A stretch of DNA of 58,100 nt, from assembly GCA_034111025.1 (NCBI GenBank), contig JAWUYB010000027.1:1-58100 (forward strand), in the 5' to 3' direction. The notes below the pieces were generated by a model, which did no database searches, was not told the DNA's origin, and worked only from the letters and a program-made list of their open reading frames with translations. Shown in pieces: positions 36,591 through 44,938 of the stretch. Source of the DNA: Candidatus Altimarinota bacterium. Lineage in GTDB: Bacteria; Patescibacteriota; Gracilibacteria; BD1-5; UBA6164. Numbering within the stretch: the first letter of the stretch is position 1; each line of letters opens with the position of its first letter. A program made the translations under genes and the position numbers.

Positions 36591-38093
36591 TTAATAGCTG
36601 TATGCGCATCTTGTTGCAATATTTGTACCAGTAATACTTGATGTTTTTACTATAGAGTAGAGTCAGTTTTCTCTACTATCAGTTACTGTTTCATTATAGT
36701 CTCATCATACAACCGTTATATAATTACTATTTCTTCTTACTGTTCCTATTCATTTTTCTTTTGAAAAAGTTGTTTTTGGTCAAAATAAATTTTTGAAATT
36801 TTGATCTGTTATATTCGACCAACTGTAATATGTCGTAGAAGATGGAGTTCCTTGTATGGGAAATAAATCTAATATATTTCTAAAAAAAACTCCTGTAGGA
36901 TTACTTATTTTCATAGTAGATACTTCATTATAATTAGAATCTTGAAAAGTATAGAGGTTTAATGTTTTAACAATCTCCCAATTATTTCATATTAAATCCC
37001 ATATAACTTCTCCATTTGATAATGTTAATTGTCTTTTTTCATCTTGAACAGAATTTCAATTCGTTCATGTTATTAGAGGTCATCCTGTATTAAACCCCGT
37101 AGTATCATTTCAATTATTTCATCAAATGATATGACCACTTCATACTGATCCATTTGACCAATTAACATCAACTTGTTCTATATTTCTTACTAAAGTTAAC
37201 CATTCCATCATAGTCATCATATGATATTGATTTCAATTTCATCTACAATCTTTTCATATACTCAGTGAATTTATACTAGATAATGGTGCACTTCATGCTA
37301 CTGTTTGATAATCAAGAGTATCATCATTTCAAGGTGTAGATGCTTCATATTTCCCTATACAGAAATTTGGTTGACCAAGTTCTAGGTTTCATGGAACCTT
37401 AATATAGTTATCAGGACATATATGAGTTGTGCGAATTTGTGAATTTAAAGATAATTGACCTCATATATATAATGCAGGCATTATACTTGTAGTATCGTTA
37501 CTATAAAGAGATTTTACTAGTTTTACACTAAATATTGGATTAAGTATATCAAACTCTCATTCGTCTATTACATCTTGAGATCTATGAATAGGAGTATTAT
37601 CAGCTTCTAATATCATTCATAATCCTGTTCATTTAAAATATGGATATCTATCACTATAATCAACTGCTGCATATGATTGATTATTAAAAAAACCTATAGA
37701 TTCATCCTTTGGATTTTCTAATAGTGTTAAAATTTGAGCATTATTTCAACTCAAAAAATAACTATAAGGTTCTCAATCTAGTGGATCAGTTCAACCTTGT
37801 GTAATACCAATTCTACCTAGATTCGTTTTTCATACATCTCATTGATATCATACAATGGTTCCAGATAATGTTATTGGTATTGAATTTTCTGATAGAAAAA
37901 AAATAGAATTTGTAACTTTATGATATTCTATAGCTCTTTTTATAACCGATATATTATGTATTCTATTACCATCTCTTGCTAATGATGCATATCATAGAAA
38001 TGAAATGAATCAAATTGTAGCTAGTATGGCAAGTATTGTTATAACTACGATTAATTCTACTAAAGTGAATCCTTCTCTTTTTTTACGATTCAT
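36591..38093 (-). CDS. Pilin-like N-terminus fused to FGE-sulfatase/SUMF1-type (C-type-lectin fold) domain, 500 aa
   Basis: Prepilin helix MNRKKREGFTLVELIVVITILAILATIGFISF. FGE-like motifs: ICPDNYIKVPGN..NFCIGKYEAS, YHMMTMMEWLTLVRN, VIWDLIGNNWEIV (GNvWEW-like), and the terminal VVGGDYNE...ATRCAY. Frame runs from ATG 38093 to TAA 36591-36593. Confidence 0.7.
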
Positions 38094-38200
38094 TTTTATT
38101 TTTTATTATTACTATATGTGTAGTATCTTTTACTGAATCTTTTGTTAAATACAAATAATTATAATCAATTCGCTTTGACATTAAATGAAAGCTGTTTCAA

Positions 38201-38244
38201 TATAGAAAAAGAGAAGAATATTAATATTCTTCTCTTTTTCTATA
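38201..38244. terminator. Perfect 44-nt palindrome (hairpin terminator) overlapping a stop codon
   Basis: tatagaaaaagagaagaatat|taatattcttctctttttctata. It overlaps the TAG (38240-38242) of the upstream minus-strand CDS. Confidence 0.55.
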
Positions 38245-39136
38245 TTCTATTATGAGCAATAAGTTGAGTTTTTCATTGAGAACTAAGATATGCTTGATAT
38301 GTATGCATATCAAATCAAGCATCTATCTCTATAAATTTCTTTAATTCATCAGCATACGCTACTAACATGTTTTCATCATAATCTCAATTATCGATTTTAT
38401 GTGTTACAGTTATCATTGATTCTGATTCATATGAGTGTCATAAAATAAACTTATAATTATATTCAGCTGCATCGTGAATAAGATCATATTGACCTCAATC
38501 ATTGATATTATCTAATGATCCATATTTTATATTTTGTTTATTTCTTAGTAATTCATTAAAAATTCTTTGAGATGCTATTTTATCAGTTTCACTTAATTGT
38601 TGTTGTTCAACTAAATATTCAATAGTTTTCAAGTCCCCTAATGCTTCTCCTATATGACGATACGAGTACTCAGAAGTATTTATATTATAATTTTCTTCAG
38701 GTAAATAATCTATAAATTCTAAAGATCAAATTTCATTCTGAATTATTGCATTTTTTAATATACCTGCGTCCAGGTGATATTCATTTGCTTGTTCTAGTAT
38801 TTTTTCTTCGTTAATCTGTATTTTTCCTGTCAAAACATCCACTTCACCTAAATTCCTAGTAGGTATATTCACTTGATTTTCTTCTTTCAAAATTATATTA
38901 GCCTCATTTCAATTTGGGGGAATATTTAATGAATTGTTATCATTTTTTGACAATTCAGTTGTTGCTGTAATAACAGTAGCTAGAGCTGCTGCATATATGA
39001 GAGAGTTCCCTTTGTTTTCTAATATAATTGAGATTTTATTCGCAAAAAATTCCTTAAAATTTTCAAATTTTAATTCTTTATTATTTGCTAGATTTAAACT
39101 TGCATTTGTATTGAGTCCTTCATTAATTGATTCCAT
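38240..39136 (-). CDS. Hypothetical protein, 298 aa
   Basis: Track ORF 38909-39136 continues through TGA to TAG at 38240-38242. One hydrophobic stretch, SLIYAAALATVITATT, is present. I recognise no family. Confidence 0.5.
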
Positions 39137-39388
39137 AATAATTCCTTTAAATTATATGTAATATTATAGCTATATTTAAGATTAACACAATAAAAAAACA
39201 CCAATTTGGTGCTTTTTTTATTTAGTTAGCAGGGGTGATTAATCCTTGCTTGTGGTATCACTCAAATAATGAACAGGAATACGTCATTACTAGGGATTTC
39301 CGTAACACTATTTTATTGTTTATTATCAATAAGTCAAATTAAATATAGAAAAAAGAGATAAGCATAAGCTCATCTCTTTTTGTTTATC

Positions 39389-40450
39389 TTATAATTCACC
39401 TCCTTTTACGAGGAATAATCGAACAACTGGATCTGTGTAAGTCCCAGCATCGATATCATCGTACATAGTTGCTAAATTAATATTTAAATTCATAGTTTGA
39501 CCAAGAGAACTAATACTATAAGTACCAATTCTTCCAGTTGTAGAAGATACAGGAACTCCTGAATCGATAGTAACATCAAGGCTATATTCAACCTCAGCAC
39601 CATCAACAGTAAGAACTACATTATAATCCCCTACTTCTAAACCACGAACTCCAAAATCATATATCATACTATCACTTCTATCCGGCATATTATCAATCAA
39701 TACACCAGGGCTGCTTAGGATTACTTCACCTACAATAAATGCTGGACTAATACTCATTCTACCGTCATTGACGTTTAGAGATAAATTTTCAGTAAATACG
39801 TTCCCAAAAGTAGGATCGTAAGCAATATTGCCAAGTTTTTCACCACTAGAATCACTAATTAACTTTGGTTGATCACCAATTTCGTATGTTAATGTGAAAG
39901 CAGTTTCATCAGCATCCAAAGTAATCGGGATTACTTTGTTTGCTACAGTTTCTACTTGATAATCTTCACCTCTAACTACGTAATTACTATCAACGATAGC
40001 TCTTACAGTTAGTTTTGTTAGGTATATTTCAGGATCTAAGTTTGTTGTGACATTTGGAAAAATATCAAATAAAACAATCTCAGTACTAAAGGTAACTTGA
40101 CGTTTCCCATCTTGAACTGGACCTAAACACTGTTGAACTAAATTATGTTCATTATCAGTGCTTGGTGGAAGTGAAATACTTGGAAAAATAATATCTTCCC
40201 CAGGTAAAACATCAACAGATGTTTGCAATTCATTTAACCCTTGCGAAGTAATTCCCTCTGCCAGTTTGATATACAAACGACATTGGTCAATTCCATCATA
40301 CAAGGCATAAAATGCAGCCAACTGACTCGTAGTCAAGAGATCACCTTTGTAGATAATCACCGAACCATCAGGTGCAGTAACAGACACATCTTCAGCAAAA
40401 GAATTTACTGAGATAATGAGTAGAAGTGTATATAATATAAATGTTTTCAT
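39389..40450 (-). CDS. Secreted hypothetical protein in GC-richer, TGA-free island, 353 aa
   Basis: The ORF is intact in the standard-code track. The signal peptide is MKTFILYTLLLIISVNSFA. Local GC content is clearly higher than in flanking DNA. The gene ends in TAA. Confidence 0.75.
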   Translation of the reverse strand: MKTFILYTLLLIISVNSFAEDVSVTAPDGSVIIYKGDLLTTSQLAAFYALYDGIDQCRLYIKLAEGITSQGLNELQTSVDVLPGEDIIFPSISLPPSTDNEHNLVQQCLGPVQDGKRQVTFSTEIVLFDIFPNVTTNLDPEIYLTKLTVRAIVDSNYVVRGEDYQVETVANKVIPITLDADETAFTLTYEIGDQPKLISDSSGEKLGNIAYDPTFGNVFTENLSLNVNDGRMSISPAFIVGEVILSSPGVLIDNMPDRSDSMIYDFGVRGLEVGDYNVVLTVDGAEVEYSLDVTIDSGVPVSSTTGRIGTYSISSLGQTMNLNINLATMYDDIDAGTYTDPVVRLFLVKGGEL

Positions 40451-40467
40451 AAAAATATTCCTGTAAC

Positions 40468-41055
40468 TTAGCCAAATTTACGTATAATACGTACTATGAC
40501 TTCGCCGTCTTGCGAGTTTTGGGCATCTTCAGTTGTCGGGATTGTACTAGGTATATCTGCATCACGCTCCGTAGTTGGAGTTACAACCGTTGGTGGCCCG
40601 TTTGAAGGGACAATTATTCCAAATGGAATAATACCCCCCTCTTGAGTTCCGCTAATAGGTGGATCCACAATTATTCCATCATCCTTGCCAGGACCTACTA
40701 TAGGTTCTGGTCCAGGAATAGGAGTATATGAACGTTTTGTATCATCGTCCGTTTTACCATCATCAGTTTCATCTGTCGATTTATCATCAGCTTCATCTTT
40801 CGATTTGCCATCAGTTTCATCTTCAGTTTCAGTTTTCTTTGGTTTTATAGGTACACTCTCAAGTTTGCGTTCAGTAAATGCAGAAGTAATCAGCTTCTGA
40901 TTATCAACACAAGCTACCTCGAAAGGTAGACTTCCTGTATGCGTATGATTTGATTTTGGGTGTAAATACCAAATCGAAAAAACAATCATAAACGCTACAA
41001 GCATTCCCAACATAAATGGTGGGTAGCTTTCTTTTTTAATTAAGGTCCGAGACAT
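40468..41055 (-). CDS. Membrane-anchored acidic/Pro-rich hypothetical protein in the same island, 195 aa
   Basis: The ORF is intact in the standard-code track. TM segment FMLGMLVAFMIVFSIWYL. There is a D/E/T/K-rich low-complexity region. AGGAGGG lies about 12 nt upstream of the ATG (plus-strand ccctcct at 41068-41074). Confidence 0.7.
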   Translation of the reverse strand: MSRTLIKKESYPPFMLGMLVAFMIVFSIWYLHPKSNHTHTGSLPFEVACVDNQKLITSAFTERKLESVPIKPKKTETEDETDGKSKDEADDKSTDETDDGKTDDDTKRSYTPIPGPEPIVGPGKDDGIIVDPPISGTQEGGIIPFGIIVPSNGPPTVVTPTTERDADIPSTIPTTEDAQNSQDGEVIVRIIRKFG

Positions 41056-41189
41056 TTCATATTCTCTCCCTCCTAGTTTAGGTTAAAAAAATCAGTTGAG
41101 GTATAAAATAACCTAACTGACAGCTTGACATACAAATGTATATCGGCTATAGATTATATAAAATGCCCAATTAGTCAATTTAAAATTGA

Positions 41190-41232
41190 AAAAAGTATAT
41201 ACCCCTTACTACAAAGGGAAATATACTTTTTT
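41190..41232. terminator. Long hairpin terminator
   Basis: aaaaaagtatata-cccctt-actac-aaaggg-aaatatactttttttt. It lies downstream of the minus-strand CDS ending at 41273. Confidence 0.55.
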
Positions 41233-41272
41233 TTATTAATAATTCATCAAATTATTGTCAGTAATTTCATTA

Positions 41273-42055
41273 TTATTCGTATGCAATATTTCTTTCTATT
41301 TTTTGATATAAATAATCTAAAATATTAAGTATTTTTGAGTATTTTCAATTTATATTTTTTTCATTGTATTTTTTTCTTAAATTTTCTAATAATTGAACTT
41401 TTTTTATAAGAAATCTTTCTTTTTCTATGTGATTCATACCATTTGTCCTATTTAAGAGTTTAGTAACAATGATATCTACTTTTACAACAACTTCTTTTCA
41501 TAATATAAGAGAGTGTTTATTATCTAGAGAATTACTCACATTGAGTTTTGATCATAAAGATTTTATTTGAGCATCTATTTCTTTAGGATATTGTTTATAT
41601 AGACTAGAAATATTTTTTCTAATAAACATATAGCTATGATAATCACTTTGAACTAATCATAAGTTATTTGATCATGTTGCTTCATTGAAATATTTACTTC
41701 ATCCCATATACATCATTTGACCTGTAAAATCCATGTAAATAGAATATAAACTTGATGCTTTTATAGTATTTTTAGAAAATTCACAGTTCCCTTCATTATA
41801 TACACCTTGATTGATTTCACATAAATCTTGAGCATTTGATATTTTTTTTGGTTCTTCTATTTTCTTCAAGCATTTTGGTGTTCATTTTTCCATACAATAC
41901 ATTTCCGTACAAGCTCATATTTTTCATTCAAAAACACTACAAGTATTACAACCATCATAATATCTAGAACATGTATTCATTTCAATGAGTTCTGCTGCTT
42001 GAGTTCAAATAGAAAACATCATAGAAAATAATAGCGCAAAAATTATTTTTTTCAT
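41273..42055 (-). CDS. Secreted hypothetical protein, 260 aa
   Basis: Signal peptide MKKIIFALLFSMMFSIGTQA. The N-terminal part is Cys-rich (CSRYYDGCNTCSVFEGKIGACTEMYCMEKGTPKC). Frame runs from ATG 42055 to TAA 41273-41275 with TGA read-through. Confidence 0.55.
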
Positions 42056-42124
42056 AACTTATAATTAATAAATATATACTTCTTTATACGATAACTATAT
42101 CAAAAAGTGACAAAATATATAATA

Positions 42125-42283
42125 TTAAATAAATAATAGAATAGAAATAATAGAAAGACCTATCATAAATGCCTTTTTCATATCAAAATGATCTTTATAA
42201 AAAATAATAGATAATATGATTGGTATCAAAATACTAAATGAATTAATAGTAAACGCAATTGCGTAGATTAACCAAGTTTCCAT
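42125..42283 (-). pseudogene. Deletion-derivative copy of the adjacent EamA transporter gene (first 9 + last ~42 codons)
   Basis: Encodes METWLIYAI + AFTINSFSILIPIILSIIFYKDHFDMKKAFMIGLSIISILLFI. The 5' ~30 nt (attgcgtagattaaccaagtttccatgaat) and the 3' part closely repeat the sequence of the gene at 42353-43210. Confidence 0.6.
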
Positions 42284-42352
42284 GAATAAAAAAAGTTTAG
42301 ATTATATGAGTATAATCTAAACTTTTAAATCTGAATTGCAAAGGAAAATATT

Positions 42353-43210
42353 TTATATGAATAATAATATTGAAATAATTGAAAGAGCTATCACAAATCA
42401 TTTTTTCTTATTGAAGTGATCTTTATAAAAAATAATCGATAATATAATCGGTATTAATATACTAAATGAGTTAATCGTAAACACTATAGCTAAGTTCCCT
42501 GTCATAGCTTTTTGAAATGATGCAAAAGCTAAGAAATGAAACACCCCGAGAATCACTCCAAACTTTACCATTCATTGTTTATTATAATTCCCTTTTGAAT
42601 TCTTATGAAAAAATTTATAACTAATAGCTGAGATTATTGCACCAAGTAACATTGATATAAATATGAAAAATTCTATATTTACTCCAACCTCCATTACTCC
42701 TTTAGCAAAGCCAGCAGATATTCCAATAAAAAGAGATGTAAATATTACAAATATAACTCATTTTTTGAGATTTTTTTGAATTTTATTTTCATGTGAAGTT
42801 ATTAACATCAGAGGGATTAATATTCATATTAATATTCAAATTCCTTCTTTAATAGTTAATACTTCTTGGAAGAGGAAGAAACTTACCAAAGTAACTAATA
42901 CAGGACTAATAGTTTTATACAGAGGGTAGAATATCACAGTATCAATATTTCTCATCCCCTCCATTCTCGTGAGCATAGAGAAGAAATAAAACAACACGTT
43001 TCAAAAAGCAAAAACCATCATTCATTCCCATCCGTCTATTTTTCCTCACGTATACAAGAAGTATATGAAAGCGACCACAGCTCAGACACTGTATCATAGT
43101 AGAGAAGTCAAAGAACCATTATAGTTCTTTTCTGTTGAGACTTTCAGTAAAAAGTTATGTATTCCCGCAGTGAATATTGAGATGATTGCGTAGATTAACC
43201 AAGTTTCCAT
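42353..43210 (-). CDS. EamA/DMT-superfamily transporter, 285 aa
   Basis: About 10 hydrophobic segments: METWLIYAIISIFTAGIHNFLLK...IVFTINSFSILIPIILSIIFYKDHF. Frame runs from ATG 43210 to TAA 42353-42355. Confidence 0.6.
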
Positions 43211-43315
43211 GAATTTATTTGAATTTAAAAAATATGAAGGAGTATAGTCTTTTATAATTAAAACACAAAAAAAGAAGCTGGTGAGCTTCTTTTCATTTAT
43301 TTAAGTCCTTTTTTT

Positions 43316-43432
43316 CTATGATCCTTTTTTATTACCTCTTCTACGAAAACGTGTTCGTTTGTTTCCAGTTTCACCTTTCAGCTTTTCAAGTCTTCGAATC
43401 TCTGCTAATACTTCTTGATTAGATATTATCAT
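43316..43432 (-). CDS. Possible small basic protein, 38 aa
   Basis: MIISNQEVLAEIRRLEKLKGETGNKRTRFRRRGNKKGS, followed by the hairpin agaagct-ggtg-agcttct (43271-43292). The ORF is short, so the call is tentative. Confidence 0.3.
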   Translation of the reverse strand: MIISNQEVLAEIRRLEKLKGETGNKRTRFRRRGNKKGS

Positions 43433-43518
43433 AAAAACTAGTTCCCTTTAGAATGAATAGAATAGATTATATTTATATATATATTATTTATTTTGTCAAC
43501 ATATATTCTTAAAAATTC

Positions 43519-43956
43519 ATTATTAAAAAAATAATTCTTAGTTTATCAGCACTATTTCTAATCATTACAGCTTCATCAGTACATGCAGATTGTATGTATG
43601 AAGAGTTAGAACCATCATGTAATATATGATGAAACACCATCACAAGTTCTTGGGATATTCCTACAGCATATCAAGGAGAATGTAAAGCTACAGAAACTAT
43701 CAACGAAGCATCAAAAGAAATCATATCAGATTTCTTATATGAACTTTTATCTAAAAAAGATTATATAACATCTGAAACAGACACTTATTACAGACTTTCA
43801 AATGAATGACAAGAATATATTCAAAATAAACTCTTCTCTGCTGTACATTTAGTAATCTCAAAAGAAATTAAAAAATCTTCACCAAATTATAAAAATATTG
43901 CTATCCTCAATCATCTTGTGAGTCTAGTTGGGTATGATTATTATATGAGTAGATAA
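43519..43956 (+). CDS. Small secreted protein with no canonical start codon upstream of its signal peptide, ~145 aa
   Basis: The frame is open from 43513. It begins K-F-I-I-K-K-I-I-L-S-L-S-A-L-F-L-I-I-T-A-S-S-V-H-A (signal-peptide-like) and ends at TAA 43954-43956. The only candidate starts before the signal peptide are ATT/ATA (43519, 43522, 43531). The first ATG lies after the signal peptide. Confidence 0.45.
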
Positions 43957-43958
43957 TT

Positions 43959-43985
43959 AAAAAACGCGTTATGCGTTTTTTTTTA
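43959..43985 (+). terminator. Rho-independent terminator
   Basis: Stem aaacgc (43962-67), loop gttat, stem gcgttt (43973-78), followed by a T-run. Confidence 0.55.
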
Positions 43986-44075
43986 TTAAAATACTTTTTA
44001 ACAAATAAAAATAATATTCGTTGCTAAAATTTGTTCGGCATGTATATTTAAGTCAATTATCATTAATTATTACAT

Positions 44076-44912
44076 ATGTTCAAATTTATGATTGAAGGAG
44101 CAAAAGACAATTTAGATGAAAAACTTAAAAGTCCTTTTTGGTGAAGTATGATAGCAACATGGTTAACATGGAACTGGAAAGTTTGGTATGTTACTATTTT
44201 TATAAGTCACGAACATTTAGGTACAGGTTTAAATAAAATTGATTATATCAAAGAAATATCTAATTGGATTAATTTATTCAATTCAATATCTTGTAATAAA
44301 TTTATCCCTGTTATTGAAACTTATAATTTACAAAATTTATTTATTTTTTCAGGTATTATTTTTCATTGGATTATAATGCCATTATTCTTAAGTTGGTGAA
44401 TACTGATTTTTGTAACTCCAAAAATCAGTATTTGGTTTAAAAAGAAACATAGAGATAATAAAATTGAGGAAAATAAAATTAAAATTGAAGAAATAGAATC
44501 TAAAACTGACGTTTTAAATGCTCAAGAAAAAGTAAAAAATAAAGAATTAGCATTCCTTAAACAACAAGAGGAAATGCAAAAAGTTATTGAAAATTTAAAA
44601 AAAGATGCAAAATTATCAAATCAAAACAATAAAACTGAAGAAGAAAAATGGGATGAAGATTATATTAAATTTAGTAAAAATTATAATGATATCTTATCTG
44701 AACTACCAAAACTAATTTATATTCATCATGGATATTTTAATATTAGATACAAGTTAGGTGCAGTTTATAAAGTATGATATAATTGATCTAAAGCAATTCC
44801 AATACTACATGCCTTTGAATTAATAATAATGGACAAAGAAATAGATGCAAAATATTTATTAACAACGAAGTGAAAATATTTTCTCAAAAAAGCATCTCTT
44901 GCCGCAGAATAA
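44076..44912 (+). CDS. Hypothetical membrane protein with coiled-coil linker, 278 aa
   Basis: In frame with track ORFs 44148-44399 and 44574-44777. The N-terminus has Trp-rich TM segments (IATWLTWNWKVWYVTIF), followed by a K/E-rich coiled coil. I recognise no family. Confidence 0.55.
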
Positions 44913-44938
44913 AAAAGAAGACTAACGTCTTCTTTTTT
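44911..44938. terminator. Bidirectional terminator between convergent genes
   Basis: Stem agaagac (44916-22), loop taac, stem gtcttct (44927-33), with an A-run and a T-run. Confidence 0.6.

Noticed and set aside
36591-36760. A diversity-generating retroelement acting on the C-terminal lectin-fold segment of the pilin-FGE protein.
   Set aside because: No reverse transcriptase gene and no template-repeat copy of this segment was found in the window. It is kept only as a check to run genome-wide.
39225-39330. A GC-richer spacer at the left edge of the foreign island, checked for a tRNA or tmRNA fragment or an att site.
   Set aside because: It could not be folded into a tRNA-like cloverleaf. 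I saw no direct repeat of it at the right edge of the island.
41125-41328. A near-consensus plus-strand promoter (TTGACA-17-TATAGA at ~41125-41153) and the 67-aa track ORF 41125-41328.
   Set aside because: The ORF is Ile/Phe-rich low-complexity text that runs through a terminator hairpin and into the 3' end of a minus-strand gene. The promoter-like match has no downstream gene. It may be a relic of the island insertion or drive an antisense RNA, but there is no evidence either way.
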